Below are positions 47,412-57,975 of a stretch of 64,000 bases of DNA, piece after piece. Source of the DNA: an uncultured Candidatus Saccharibacteria bacterium (lineage in GTDB: Bacteria > Patescibacteriota > Doudnabacteria > UBA920). Location: NCBI GenBank assembly GCA_964384035.1, contig CAYLIB010000002.1, forward strand, positions 28,704 to 92,703, read 5' to 3'. Both the position numbers and the translations under genes were made by a program. The notes under the pieces are model-generated. The model made no database searches and was not told where the DNA came from. It was given only the letters and a program-made list of their open reading frames with translations. Every line of letters begins with the position of its first letter. Position 1 is the stretch's first letter.

Positions 47412-47504
47412 GTTTATGGTAGGAGAGTAAGTATTAGTTATCTTGACCTAAAGCTTTAATTATGTTATAAAACCTCTTATTACATTCTAAATTAGGGGGC
47501 ATTT

Positions 47505-47756
47505 ATGTTAACAGAAGTTCGAAGTGTTGCTGCTTGTAGTGCCATCTATAAACAGTTGATGGCAGCTAAGTATTCGGGGTTTCCCGACAACGAGCTCGCC
47601 CAGTCTTTGAGTATCGGTCTCGGAAAGAGCTCAATAATCCTTGGTGTAATTTTAGGTGCAGTAGGTGACTGGGAAGCAGTCAAACGGAATTCCCCATACT
47701 CACCCGAGGATACACGAGCATGCCTCGAACAGATTGCGCTTGAGTTTGATTTCTAA
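47505..47756 (+). CDS. small hypothetical protein (83 aa)
   Basis: ORF with RBS (agggggcattt ATG), followed by a terminator at 47757-47788. Confidence 0.45.
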   Translation: MLTEVRSVAACSAIYKQLMAAKYSGFPDNELAQSLSIGLGKSSIILGVILGAVGDWEAVKRNSPYSPEDTRACLEQIALEFDF

Positions 47757-47788
47757 CCCAATTATTGGGTTATTTTTTTATTTTATAA
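47757..47788 (+). terminator. intrinsic terminator
   Basis: aacccaat-tatt-gggtt followed by atttttttatttt. Confidence 0.6.
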
Positions 47789-47815
47789 TTATTTTCATTC
47801 AGATAATAACTACTT

Positions 47816-47844
47816 TTGACAATTTAGTTAAAAGCTGTTATAAT
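47816..47844 (+). promoter_or_regulatory. near-consensus sigma70 promoter
   Basis: TTGACA at 47816-47821, 17-bp spacer, TATAAT at 47839-47844. Confidence 0.5.
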
Positions 47845-47894
47845 TGCTGATTGTTTTTTTATATTTTCAAATTTATAAAAGGAGGATAAAGCCA

Positions 47895-48488
47895 ATGCAG
47901 GAAATAAAGAAAATGATCTCGGGTTGGTCATCCAAGCATTTTGGATCGAAGGGTTATATGGTTCAAGAAGCATTGATCGCCACACTCAAGATTATGGACA
48001 GTAGAAATGACAAACTGCGAAAATCAGTTGAAGTCCTCCAATTATTCACGCCCCCGGATAATGGAGGTAAGCTTTGGTTCAGAAAAAATGGCTTCGGATA
48101 TACTGTTGTACCGACTGCCGAGGATTTACTTTCTTCCATACAAAATGGGGAGTTGGAATTTATAGAATGTATACCCAAAAATAAACGGGTTAAGTTCATA
48201 AAAAAATGGTTAAAAGCAAGGCAGGATGACGTGCCTACTGTAAGGGATATGTGTATATCAGGGACATGTCCTCCCCCAAGTCCTGAAATTTCTAAGTATC
48301 TTAGGGAGTCAAGGGTGACTGCGTTCTCTGAGTCTCTCGAAGAGTATGAGTCTCTTACGAATAATGATGCACTTATTCCAATCCCTATTTTTGAGTTGAG
48401 GTCTAGTTTTTGGCCTACACAACCTACGCTTTTAGAAAAGGTTTTTGGAGGCTTAAGAAGAAGTTTGGGTTTTTTAATACGGAATTAG
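47895..48488 (+). CDS. hypothetical protein (197 aa)
   Basis: Start at MQEIKK after AAAGGAGGA; the track ORF starts earlier without an RBS. Confidence 0.5.
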   Translation: MQEIKKMISGWSSKHFGSKGYMVQEALIATLKIMDSRNDKLRKSVEVLQLFTPPDNGGKLWFRKNGFGYTVVPTAEDLLSSIQNGELEFIECIPKNKRVKFIKKWLKARQDDVPTVRDMCISGTCPPPSPEISKYLRESRVTAFSESLEEYESLTNNDALIPIPIFELRSSFWPTQPTLLEKVFGGLRRSLGFLIRN

Positions 48489-48688
48489 TTTCCGTCTTTT
48501 TTTTGTCCGAACTATTTTTTCTTGCTATAGTATTTAGGTGAAAAATATACAAGCAAATGTAATTTTCTGGTATTGCACCGCCCGCGGTCACCGTCGAGCG
48601 AGTGTTTAGGTATTTAAAAACTACTTAAGACCGTCCGAGGTAACCACCTTGGGCGGTTTTTTCTTTAATTCAAAAAATGGAGGAAAAC

Positions 48689-48916
48689 ATGCAGATTCAA
48701 ATCTATTTTGAGCAAAATGCAGGTGAGGCAATTATTCTCTCTGCCCTAAATGCACTAAAAATTGTCGATGCAAAGAGGGTTTATGACTCAAGCAGGAGAA
48801 CTATCTCTCTGACTGTTAAAGATTTCAATGAGGTTGGCCTTAAAGCCGTGTTCCCTCAAATAGAAAAAATTGAAGTCGTCGAGCCGGTACTCCTTGGTGG
48901 TTGGGCCTTGGACTAG
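48689..48916 (+). CDS. small hypothetical protein (75 aa)
   Basis: TGGAGGA SD, 5-nt spacer, ATG. Followed by a hairpin (48896-48925). Confidence 0.45.
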   Translation: MQIQIYFEQNAGEAIILSALNALKIVDAKRVYDSSRRTISLTVKDFNEVGLKAVFPQIEKIEVVEPVLLGGWALD

Positions 48917-48987
48917 TCTCCATGGCTCTTTTTTTGTTAAGATAAACTTAGTTTGAAAACATTATTCTTCATATTAATTTCACATTT

Positions 48988-49893
48988 ATGCAATTAGCAA
49001 TATTCGGTCTAGGTAGGATGGGTTCTCAGATAGCAAAGCGTTTACATCAAAATAAATTTGAAGTTATGGCCTGGAATAGATCTCCTGAGCCAAGGGAAGA
49101 TTTTGAGTCTTTTGGAGGAAAAGCTTTTGCTACTGTTGAAGAAGCAGTAAATGCTATTACGGACGACAAGAGAATTTTCTGGGTAATGCTACCAAACGAT
49201 ACTGTCGAAAGTTTTATCTTCGAAACTCTTATGCCACTACTAAGACCGGGGGATATAGTTATAGACGGTGGAAATTCTTTTTACAAAGATAGTATAAGAA
49301 GAGGTGAGCAGCTCTCTAGTAAAGGAATACTATTTTACGACTGCGGTACAAGCGGGGGAGTATGGGGTCTTGAGCGTGGTTTCGCGCTTATGGTAGGCGG
49401 ACCTAATGAACACTGGACTACTGTTGAACCTATTTTCAAAACGCTTTCCAGTGGAGACAACTACGCATTGCTTGGTAAGAACGGTGCCGGACATTTTGTA
49501 AAAATGGTCCACAACGGAATTGAATACGGAATGATGGAAGCAATAGGTGAGGGCTATGCAGTTATGAAAGCCAGTGATTTTAATTTGAATTTTAAAGACG
49601 TTACTCGTGTTTACCAAAAAGGTTCTGTTATAACTTCATGGTTAATAGATTTAACAAGAAATATTTTTGAAAGCGAAGACATAGAAGCAACTAGCGGAAA
49701 GATAGATTCTACCGGAGAAGGTGAATGGACAATAAATACAGCCAAAGAATTTGGTGTAGATGTAAGGGTTATAGAGGATTCATTTAAGATACGACAAGAG
49801 TCAAAAGACCCAGCTAATCAAAACAAATTTAGTAACAAAATAGTGGCCCTCCTAAGAAAACAATTCGGCGGTCATAAGACCCATGTTAACTAG
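48988..49893 (+). CDS. gnd: 6-phosphogluconate dehydrogenase (decarboxylating), short YqeC/Gnd-like form
   Basis: MQLAIFGLGRMGSQIAKRL Rossmann N-terminus and the 6PGDH-family core (GNSFYKDS...DCGTSGG...HFVKMVHNGIEYGMM). 301 aa. Confidence 0.75.
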   Translation: MQLAIFGLGRMGSQIAKRLHQNKFEVMAWNRSPEPREDFESFGGKAFATVEEAVNAITDDKRIFWVMLPNDTVESFIFETLMPLLRPGDIVIDGGNSFYKDSIRRGEQLSSKGILFYDCGTSGGVWGLERGFALMVGGPNEHWTTVEPIFKTLSSGDNYALLGKNGAGHFVKMVHNGIEYGMMEAIGEGYAVMKASDFNLNFKDVTRVYQKGSVITSWLIDLTRNIFESEDIEATSGKIDSTGEGEWTINTAKEFGVDVRVIEDSFKIRQESKDPANQNKFSNKIVALLRKQFGGHKTHVN

Positions 49894-50518
49894 CGCCCAA
49901 AAGTCTCTATATAAAAAGTTAAACAAGCCATGGAAGATTCAAGATTTTTTGAACACTCTTCAGATTAATTTCGAGGAGAAGGGTGAAACCCATTATTCGC
50001 CAAGAGAAGTTATAGAAAAAGGTAAGGCGCAATGTATAGAAGGAGCGTGTCTCTCTGCTTCTATTCTTCGTTTTCATGGTTTTGAACCTCTAATTTTGGA
50101 CCTCAGAACAGCGGGGGATGACGTAGATCATGTTGTGGCTGTATATGAGTGGAAAGGCTATTATGGAGCGCTAAGCAAAACTAACCACGCTGTTTTAAGA
50201 TATAGGGATCCGATCTATAAAACCCTCCGCGAGTTGGCTCTTTCGTATTTCCATGAATATTTTATGGATAGCGGAATCAAAACGCTAAGAGAATATTCTA
50301 AGCCATTTAATTTAAGTAGGTACGACAATTTAAATTGGGAAATAACAGAAAAACATCTCTGGCAGATCCCGGAAGACTTAGATAACTCCCCACATTTTAG
50401 TTTAATGAGCAAAGCGCAAGAAAAGCTTCTAAGAACAGCAGACCCTCTTGAGATAGGTGTGGGTAAATTTACTGAGTGGAAATTATTAAAAAATAAAGTT
50501 AAGAAGTCAAAAGTATAA
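49883..50518 (+). CDS. transglutaminase-like cysteine peptidase-fold protein
   Basis: GKAQCIEGACLSASILRFHGFEPLIL matches the Transglut_core pattern (C-x-E-x-A...ILR..G), with a downstream DHVVAVY. Overlaps the gnd stop. Confidence 0.45.
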   Translation: MLTSAQKSLYKKLNKPWKIQDFLNTLQINFEEKGETHYSPREVIEKGKAQCIEGACLSASILRFHGFEPLILDLRTAGDDVDHVVAVYEWKGYYGALSKTNHAVLRYRDPIYKTLRELALSYFHEYFMDSGIKTLREYSKPFNLSRYDNLNWEITEKHLWQIPEDLDNSPHFSLMSKAQEKLLRTADPLEIGVGKFTEWKLLKNKVKKSKV

Positions 50519-50521
50519 TAC

Positions 50522-51712
50522 ATGCAATACCTATTACCACTTACCTTATTTCTTTTGCCAACCTACTTAATCCGGTTTAGTATAGGTGGCTTTAATCTGA
50601 ACCTTTTGATGCTCTGGATTCCTGCGCTTTTTATTTATATTTTCACAATTGCATACAAAGAGGGTGCTATCCGCGGCTTCGTTAGATCATTAAATAAAAC
50701 AGAACTAATTTTTAAGATACCTCTGTTTTTATTTTTTTTGTCCGGAATTATTTCACTACTGGTTGGGGGTTTTACCACAGAAAAGCTAGGACAATTTATA
50801 GTTCTATTTATAGAACCATTTCTCTTATTTCTAATTGCGAGATATTTATTTTTCAGGAACGAGAGTAATTCATTTGTTCTAGAGAAATCAATTTTTATAT
50901 TTTTAGGCCTTACTGGCTTATATGCGGTGTTTCAGTATATAACTCTGTTTGGTCTGCCTCCTGAATATTTAGGTAATTCAATAGAGCCAAAACGCGCATT
51001 ATCATTTTTCGAGTACCCTAATGCGTACGCACTATTTGTTGCTCCCTTATTGGTTTTTACGTTTCCAAAGTTGTTAAGTCTTTTTAAGGGTTTAAGTATA
51101 GATAACATTCAGTTTAGGTTATATCCAATACTTTGCTGGGCACTAGGGGGTATTGGTTTAGGGGTATCTCTTAGTCGTGGTGGGTGGTTGGCATTGTTTA
51201 TCCCGAGCGCTTTATTTGTTTTATTAAAAGCAGATAAAAAAATAAAACAGATTGCCCTTGTAGTATTTCTCGCTTCGATGTTAATTATTTTTTCAATCCC
51301 TGTTCTAAGATACCGAGTAATTTTACCTTTTATGGGCGAAAAGTCTTCGGTCTCAAGGTTGAGTCTTTCTAATACTGCTTTAAAAATGTTAAATGATAGT
51401 CCTATTCTTGGAAAAGGGTTATTGGGCTTTAGTGAAAACTTTGAAAAATATAACACCGACCCAGGTCTTTCTCATTATAAATACCCACACAATTTAATTC
51501 TTGCTTTATGGCTTGAAACAGGAATATTGGGTCTACTGAGTTTCGTTTGGATATTGTTTTTAGTATTTTATAAATCATGGAAAATTAAATCCAAACTTCA
51601 TTATGGTTTAGCTCTATTTATATTCGCCGTATGTATTCACGGTCTAGTGGATATCCCATATTTTAAAAACGATCTTGCCGGGTTATTTTGGTTGTTAATT
51701 GCATTATTATAA
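50522..51712 (+). CDS. O-antigen ligase/polymerase-like polytopic membrane protein
   Basis: About 11 TM helices with a large periplasmic loop. Wzy_C-like organisation (GGIGLGVSLSRGGWLALF). Tentative. Confidence 0.4.
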   Translation: MQYLLPLTLFLLPTYLIRFSIGGFNLNLLMLWIPALFIYIFTIAYKEGAIRGFVRSLNKTELIFKIPLFLFFLSGIISLLVGGFTTEKLGQFIVLFIEPFLLFLIARYLFFRNESNSFVLEKSIFIFLGLTGLYAVFQYITLFGLPPEYLGNSIEPKRALSFFEYPNAYALFVAPLLVFTFPKLLSLFKGLSIDNIQFRLYPILCWALGGIGLGVSLSRGGWLALFIPSALFVLLKADKKIKQIALVVFLASMLIIFSIPVLRYRVILPFMGEKSSVSRLSLSNTALKMLNDSPILGKGLLGFSENFEKYNTDPGLSHYKYPHNLILALWLETGILGLLSFVWILFLVFYKSWKIKSKLHYGLALFIFAVCIHGLVDIPYFKNDLAGLFWLLIALL

Positions 51713-51763
51713 AATTAGGTTAAATAAAAAAACACTTTAGTTGATAAGTGTTTTTTTTCTTTT

Positions 51764-53506
51764 TTACTTTTCCGCGGTTTGTTGTCGCCACATAGCAGCA
51801 TATAGTCCACCATTTCCCAGAAGTTCACTATGAGGTCCGGATTCGGCAATTTTACCTTTCTCTAGTACATAAATTCTATCCGCATGAATTATTGTAGAAA
51901 GCCTATGTGCTATTAGAACGACAAGTAAATTTTTATCAGCAAACTTTATACTCTTTATTGTCTCTGTAATCTCTTCCTCTGTAAGAGAGTCAAGACTGCT
52001 AGTGGCTTCATCAAAAATTATTAAGTCAGGTTTTCTTAATAATGCCCGAGCTATAGCGAGTCGTTGTTTTTCGCCACCGCTTAGTTTCAAGCCCCCTTCG
52101 CCAATTTTTGTATTCAAACCTTCACTGCTTCTGTTTAGGATACTTTCAGCCGCAGCCGATTTCATTGAGTTAATCATTTCTTCGTCTGTTGCATTTGGTT
52201 TTACGAACTGTAGATTTTCCCTTATGGTCCCAGAGAAAAGTTGAGTGTCCTGGCTTACAAAGCCTATTCTATTTCTTAAGTGGGCCAAATTCATTTCCCT
52301 CACACTAGTTCCGTTATATAGTACATCACCACCTGTAGTTTTATATAAACCAACTAGAAGCTTAATAATAGTCGTTTTTCCGGCGCCTGATGGTCCTGCA
52401 AAAGCTATTGTCTCACCAGCTTTTGCTGTTATGTTTAAATCCTGTACTGCATTTTTATCCAACCCAGCATAAGCAAAGCTTACATTTTCAAATTTAATTT
52501 CTTGAATGTCAGAAATTTCTACAGGATTCTCTGGTTCTTTTTCTGGTTCGGTTTTCAAAACCTCTTCCACTCTTTCCATACTGGCAGAAGCTTCTTGATA
52601 GCTTGTTGCTACGTTTCCCATTTCATTTAAAGGGTTGAAGACTAAGAAAGAGTAAAACAATAGAGTAAAGAATTCACCGAGTGTAATTATTTGAGTACCT
52701 ACTAAATACAGCATAAGTAACATAATTGCGGAACGAAGGGTATTTATTAGAGTCCCTTGCAGGAAGCTAAGGGTTCTAACCAGTTTTACTTTTTTCAGTT
52801 CAAGTTTAAGAATAGCTTCATTTACACTATTTAGTCTCGAAATTTCCTGCTGTTCCAAACCTAAAGACTTTACAAGTTCTACATTTCTTAATGTCTCAGT
52901 CGTGCTTCCGGCTAGACTTGCTGTCTCTTTGACTATCATTGTTTGTGCTACTTTTATTCTTTTGGAGATAGTAAAAGTCACAAAACCCAATGTGGGAATT
53001 GTAAGTACAAACACTAGTCCGATACTCCAATGAACGTAAAATGCATAACCGATGGCAATTACCACACCAACTACAGATACGAACAATAGGTTCACTGCAT
53101 TTTGTATTAAACCCTGAACATCTGTTCTGGCTTTTTGCAGTTTAGAAAGTAGCTCCCCAGATCTTTGGTCCTCAAATGCGACAAAAGGAAGTTTAAAAGA
53201 ATGATCCACACTTCTCGCGTACATATCCGTACCCACCCTTTGTGTAATTACATTTACAAAATAATCCTGAAAGTTTTTCGCGATTCTGGAAACTAAAGCA
53301 GCGGCCATGGTAAGTAAGAGTAGTGTGAGTGTGCCTTTAACAAATTGACTGGCTGGGATGGTGCCTGCTTTGCTGGCATATTTATCTATAATAATTCTAA
53401 ACACCTGAGGATCCAGTAAAGAGAAGATTTGATTCACCGTTGCTAGGGTGAGAGCAAGAAACAATAATCGCTTGTATTTTTTAACAAATGTCCAAAGTAA
53501 TTTCAT
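51764..53506 (-). CDS. ABC exporter, fused permease/ATPase (MsbA-like)
   Basis: 6 TM helices plus a nucleotide-binding domain with Walker A GPSGAGKTT, signature LSGGEKQRLAIARALL and Walker B LIIFDEATS. Confidence 0.9.
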   Translation of the reverse strand: MKLLWTFVKKYKRLLFLALTLATVNQIFSLLDPQVFRIIIDKYASKAGTIPASQFVKGTLTLLLLTMAAALVSRIAKNFQDYFVNVITQRVGTDMYARSVDHSFKLPFVAFEDQRSGELLSKLQKARTDVQGLIQNAVNLLFVSVVGVVIAIGYAFYVHWSIGLVFVLTIPTLGFVTFTISKRIKVAQTMIVKETASLAGSTTETLRNVELVKSLGLEQQEISRLNSVNEAILKLELKKVKLVRTLSFLQGTLINTLRSAIMLLMLYLVGTQIITLGEFFTLLFYSFLVFNPLNEMGNVATSYQEASASMERVEEVLKTEPEKEPENPVEISDIQEIKFENVSFAYAGLDKNAVQDLNITAKAGETIAFAGPSGAGKTTIIKLLVGLYKTTGGDVLYNGTSVREMNLAHLRNRIGFVSQDTQLFSGTIRENLQFVKPNATDEEMINSMKSAAAESILNRSSEGLNTKIGEGGLKLSGGEKQRLAIARALLRKPDLIIFDEATSSLDSLTEEEITETIKSIKFADKNLLVVLIAHRLSTIIHADRIYVLEKGKIAESGPHSELLGNGGLYAAMWRQQTAEK

Positions 53507-53532
53507 GGTGTAAAGAATGTTGAATATTTAAT

Positions 53533-54648
53533 CTAAAGAGTATTATATAGTTTTGAATATTTTTCCACTATTTCGCCACTATTATAGGCCTTGGAGGAAA
53601 CTAAGGCTCGTTCGCTCATTTGTTTATACAAATCTTTATCGTCCCGAAGTTTTAATATGTGTTTAGATGCTTGTTTATAATCTCCTAACTTAAACAACAA
53701 GCCATTCCATTTATCTGTAATCTGTTCTGGTATACCAGCTACATTCGTACTTACTACGGGAAGTCCATAGCTCATACATTCCAAAATAGAAAGTCCAAAG
53801 CTTTCGCTTTCCGAAGTAAAAACTCCTAAATTGCACGCTTGGATAACATTAGCAATGTCCTTAACATCTCGTAATACTTTTAACTTATGTTCTACCCGCA
53901 TCTTTTTTGCGAGTTTCCAGTAATCAGAAAAATCTGCACCCGATGCTATTATTAACTTAATTTTCTTCTCTTCTTTCAAAAGTTTCATAATAGAAAGTAG
54001 ATCCGGGATTCTTTTCACTGGCCTAAGATTTGATAGATGAATTAAGAGAAAATCGTTAGCGGGTAATTTTAGATCCCATCGTAGTTTCTGTTTGTCTTTT
54101 TTCGAAGGGGTTGGGTCATAAAAATTATAAATAACTTCAATTTTTTTCTTGGGACAAAGCTTCTCTTTGGTAGTTAGCGCTAACCATTCTGAGACAGCTG
54201 TGACTGCGTCAGATTTTTCTATTGAGTAACGTATTATGGGTTTTAAACTCGGGTCATCCCCAAGTAAAGAAATGTCTGTACCATGAAGGGTAGTCACGAC
54301 TTTAGGAGAACTATGTAAGCAGTTAGCACAAATATCCTTAGCTAAAAGAGCTGCAGTAGCGTGGGGGATGGCATAATGCGCATGAACAATATCCAGGTTG
54401 TATTTATGGTGAATGTCGCTGATCGTTACAGCTAGAGGTAGGGTATAATCCGGATATTTAAAAAGCGAATACTCATTTACCGGTACTTTATGAAAGAATA
54501 CGTTTTTATTGTCTGCTCGTAGTCTGAATGGTTTTTCGTAACTAATAAAGTGAATTTCGTGACCTTTTTGGGCTAGTTTAAGTCCAAGTTCGGTCGCGAT
54601 AATACCGCTTCCACCTATTGTTGGATGACACACAATTGCTATTTTCAT
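53533..54648 (-). CDS. GT4 glycosyltransferase (BshA/MshA-like retaining GT-B)
   Basis: MKIAIVCHPTIGGSGIIATELGLKLAQKGHEIHFIS closely resembles the N-terminus of BshA-type N-acetylglucosaminyltransferases. C-terminal E-x7-E region present. Confidence 0.7.
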   Translation of the reverse strand: MKIAIVCHPTIGGSGIIATELGLKLAQKGHEIHFISYEKPFRLRADNKNVFFHKVPVNEYSLFKYPDYTLPLAVTISDIHHKYNLDIVHAHYAIPHATAALLAKDICANCLHSSPKVVTTLHGTDISLLGDDPSLKPIIRYSIEKSDAVTAVSEWLALTTKEKLCPKKKIEVIYNFYDPTPSKKDKQKLRWDLKLPANDFLLIHLSNLRPVKRIPDLLSIMKLLKEEKKIKLIIASGADFSDYWKLAKKMRVEHKLKVLRDVKDIANVIQACNLGVFTSESESFGLSILECMSYGLPVVSTNVAGIPEQITDKWNGLLFKLGDYKQASKHILKLRDDKDLYKQMSERALVSSKAYNSGEIVEKYSKLYNTL

Positions 54649-54713
54649 TCTTTTATTCTATTCCTAATTCGCTCGGTGAACAATCCTTAGTTAAAAATCC
54701 CTGTTTGCTTGAA

Positions 54714-56033
54714 CTAATTAATAATCAAACCCGCTACGGTTTTGTATATGTTTTTTGTTTGTGTATGAAATATAGGCGTTCCATGGGTTAGAACATGATA
54801 GACTGTTGGAATTTTTTCACCATAATAGAACCAAACCGAAGGACCTGCTTTGCTGCTCGGTCCTGAATAAATACTCTCGTTTCTGTTTCTGAGGAATGCG
54901 GCAATTTTTTTGTTGTCTTCAAGATAGGCTTCCTTTGTCCACTTATATATCTTGTATTCATTATAACTAAGACCTGTATAAATAAATGTGACACATGCAA
55001 TACACCAACTAAATAAGACTAATTTTGTTTTTTTGGCAGTTTTAAAAATCTCATAAAGACTCAATCCTATTATGGATGTTAGTAACGGGTAAATAATCGT
55101 TATATAAGAATAACCCTTGGTTTTGCTTAATGAAAAAAATACAAATACGAAAAGAAGATTTAAAAATAAAAAGCGGAACCATCTCTGTTTTAATTTGTAA
55201 ATACAAACCAGTATAGAAATAGAGGTTAAGAGTAACAATATATTGTTCTCCTTAAATATATCTAAATAGAACCAATACCCACCTCCATTATTTTCGAGTA
55301 CCGTAAAACCTCTTTTTATTACATGGTATAAAAAATAGCTATTCCAGAAGGTCTTCCCATACAGTATTGTTTGATGCAAATGCCAAGGTATAATCGTGAA
55401 TAAAAATATAATAATACCGCCCTTAAAGTACTTTTCGCGAAATAGAAACCCCCTCTCATTAATTAGTAAGTCACTAAAAATGAAAACAATAGGGAATAGG
55501 CCTAATACACTTTTTGTCATAAAAGCAAGGCCAGTGGCTAACCAAAATAGATACCAGTACTTTTTGTTGTTTTTTGTTTTAAGATAGGAAAATAAGGCTA
55601 ACGCTATAAAAAAAGTAAGGGTTATATCGATGTCTAGAAAAAAACTATTTAGTATAAATTGGTAGCATATAAAAAAAGCCGAAGCGGAAAGTGCCGCGGG
55701 GCCTTCCTCTTTATGGACCTCCTTTACTAAAAGATAAGTAATAAAAATAGTTCCACCCGCAAATACAGGAATAAAAAACCTAATCCCTAGTTCAGTCGAG
55801 CCAACAGTAATTACAGACAATTGTGTCATCCATATGAACAATGGGGGTTTTTCATGCCAAGGATTGCCAAAGTATTTAAGATCCAAAGGTGAAGCCAGAG
55901 ACTCAATAGCAACCCTGGCATAAATTGCCTCATCGTAATTAAGTAGCGCATGCTCACCTAAGCTTATAAAAGAAATAATGCAAAATATGAAAGAAATAAT
56001 TAGTCCTAATAAGTTATTGTAAAAAAAACGCAT
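54714..56033 (-). CDS. GT-C family membrane glycosyltransferase (ArnT/PMT_2-like)
   Basis: First loop NYDEAIYARVAIE...WHEKPPLFIWM shows the DE acidic motif and PPL pattern of GT83/GT39-type enzymes. About 12 TM helices. Confidence 0.6.
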   Translation of the reverse strand: MRFFYNNLLGLIISFIFCIISFISLGEHALLNYDEAIYARVAIESLASPLDLKYFGNPWHEKPPLFIWMTQLSVITVGSTELGIRFFIPVFAGGTIFITYLLVKEVHKEEGPAALSASAFFICYQFILNSFFLDIDITLTFFIALALFSYLKTKNNKKYWYLFWLATGLAFMTKSVLGLFPIVFIFSDLLINERGFLFREKYFKGGIIIFLFTIIPWHLHQTILYGKTFWNSYFLYHVIKRGFTVLENNGGGYWFYLDIFKENNILLLLTSISILVCIYKLKQRWFRFLFLNLLFVFVFFSLSKTKGYSYITIIYPLLTSIIGLSLYEIFKTAKKTKLVLFSWCIACVTFIYTGLSYNEYKIYKWTKEAYLEDNKKIAAFLRNRNESIYSGPSSKAGPSVWFYYGEKIPTVYHVLTHGTPIFHTQTKNIYKTVAGLIIN

Positions 56034-56081
56034 CTCTGGTAAATTATTTTATTATTTTGAAATTTATCTACGGAGGTAATA

Positions 56082-56747
56082 ATGAACGAGAAAAAGTTAG
56101 CAATGATAGAATTTTTAGGATTCTTCTTCTTATGCGCCTGGTTGCTGTTTAATCAGCCAAGTGCCGGTGGTTTAAATGGTAGGTATGCTTATCTGGTAGT
56201 CTGGTTTGCCCTTACGATAGGGCTAAGGTTGTTAGGCCGATTCTTCAAGATTGAAGCTTATAAGTCTAGCATGCCGGAGAGGGGTTTAACCAAAATAAAA
56301 GAAGGTTGGTTATACTTTTTACCAAGCCTTGCAATCTCTCTCCTTATGATTCTTTTGGCATATTGCTTTGAGACTCTCGACTCCACTCCTCAAATTCCAC
56401 CGCTAGCATACGTCTTCTTGGTAATATTGCAGCAATCGGGAATGATTTACGCTATAAGAAGATTGGCTGTAATGTTCGAACTAAAAACCGCCCTTCTTAT
56501 AGCCCCGTTCCTTTTTGGTGGCTTCCATTGGCCAAATTATTATATGGTTGTTGTTACCTTTATTGGCGGCTTCTGGTTTTCCTGGTTATACTTTCGTTTC
56601 AGAAATTTCTATCTTATCTGTGCTAGTCACTTCGTGCTTGGCTTGGCACTCTCGTGTAGTTTTTACTGGGAGCTCGGCAACATGTTGGTGGGTAATGCTT
56701 ATACCCACAGAGAGAACACCATACTCCATTTAAGACATCTTCGCTAA
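56082..56747 (+). CDS. polytopic membrane protein, possibly CPBP-family intramembrane protease
   Basis: FGGFHWPN and ICASHFVLG resemble CPBP motifs 2 and 3. Weak. Confidence 0.35.
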   Translation: MNEKKLAMIEFLGFFFLCAWLLFNQPSAGGLNGRYAYLVVWFALTIGLRLLGRFFKIEAYKSSMPERGLTKIKEGWLYFLPSLAISLLMILLAYCFETLDSTPQIPPLAYVFLVILQQSGMIYAIRRLAVMFELKTALLIAPFLFGGFHWPNYYMVVVTFIGGFWFSWLYFRFRNFYLICASHFVLGLALSCSFYWELGNMLVGNAYTHRENTILHLRHLR

Positions 56748-56760
56748 TGTAGCGATTTTT

Positions 56761-57975
56761 TTATACCAATATTTTCCTAATATTTTCTACTCCCCAAGAT
56801 TTTTCAAAATTAACTAAATTTTCATTGAAGATTGGGGAGTTAGTGATCTCAGGATTCGTAGACTTAATTTCCTCCCATAGTTCCTTCATTAAGTCTCTTG
56901 CCTGCACACAAGTTCTTGCAACACCAATTAAGCTTCCCGCTCGAGAAAAGTATTTTGGAACTTTATCCCAAAATTCCTGTTCTGGTTTCTTCATCTGGTT
57001 CTTTACCTGTGGTGGTAAAGTGTCGTGCATCTGACATTTTAATATATAAAAACCTTGTATTAGCGCGACAAGTTCTTTTGTTGCCTGTATGTCTGCTGGG
57101 TGATTGCCAACAATTTCCCAGTGCTTTCCAGATTCATATGATGAATAAACTTTTTGGTTAACGTCGAACCATGCGTTTTTTTCCTGTAAAAAAGACGAAT
57201 GTAGTTCATCCAAATATGCTTGTTGTCTTTGAAGTCTAAAAATATCTAGCGCGGGGTTAAATTCTCGTTTTAATAGTTTTGAGTAAATCTCCGCGTCCTC
57301 AGAGAAAGCATCTATTGTGTTTAATCTATCTTTGCCCTCACCATATAGTGCGGTAACTCTACCATTTCTGTATGCCGACTTCATGGCAATTTTTTTATCT
57401 CTGCCGATTAAATAATCTGAAACAGATCTCATATAATGACGGGCTTCATGAATGGCAGAGGTAGTAGGGTCAACACTATCTCGCTGTCTTTTATCAGGAT
57501 TCGTATCTATGCAGGCCAAACCTAAAAATGCTTCATTGGGATTACTAACGGCATATTTATGAGAAGCTCTACCTTCATCGCTTTTATCATAAGCATAATT
57601 TTTCAAAGCTTCCGGAACGCCTCTTCTGGAGTCGTAAGTAACAATTATTAATCCCGCTACTACTTGTTTATCTAAACATAGTGGATCACTTCCTAATTCA
57701 GAATAAAATTTTGAAACCCTCTCTTTATGTTTATCTCTAAATTCATTTAGAAGTTCACCAAAATTATCTTGATACTCTCTTACAAAAGGGTCTTCTATCT
57801 CTCCTAGATTCGGTTTCTCATATTTCAGTTTTCCTGTTTGGTCGTCTACTCGTAAGTGTCCTGCAAATTCATCCAGCCTTTGTAGATATTCAGCCGATAC
57901 AGAAAACCTCCTGTTAAGTTCCTTATAATCAGGATTTTTTTCTTGTTCACCAGCATTTACAATTCTTTCAGGCAT
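56761..57975 (-). CDS. hypothetical protein with HExxH motif (possible zinc metallopeptidase)
   Basis: 404 aa with AIHEARHYM. No other family signature recognised. Confidence 0.45.
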   Translation of the reverse strand: MPERIVNAGEQEKNPDYKELNRRFSVSAEYLQRLDEFAGHLRVDDQTGKLKYEKPNLGEIEDPFVREYQDNFGELLNEFRDKHKERVSKFYSELGSDPLCLDKQVVAGLIIVTYDSRRGVPEALKNYAYDKSDEGRASHKYAVSNPNEAFLGLACIDTNPDKRQRDSVDPTTSAIHEARHYMRSVSDYLIGRDKKIAMKSAYRNGRVTALYGEGKDRLNTIDAFSEDAEIYSKLLKREFNPALDIFRLQRQQAYLDELHSSFLQEKNAWFDVNQKVYSSYESGKHWEIVGNHPADIQATKELVALIQGFYILKCQMHDTLPPQVKNQMKKPEQEFWDKVPKYFSRAGSLIGVARTCVQARDLMKELWEEIKSTNPEITNSPIFNENLVNFEKSWGVENIRKILV

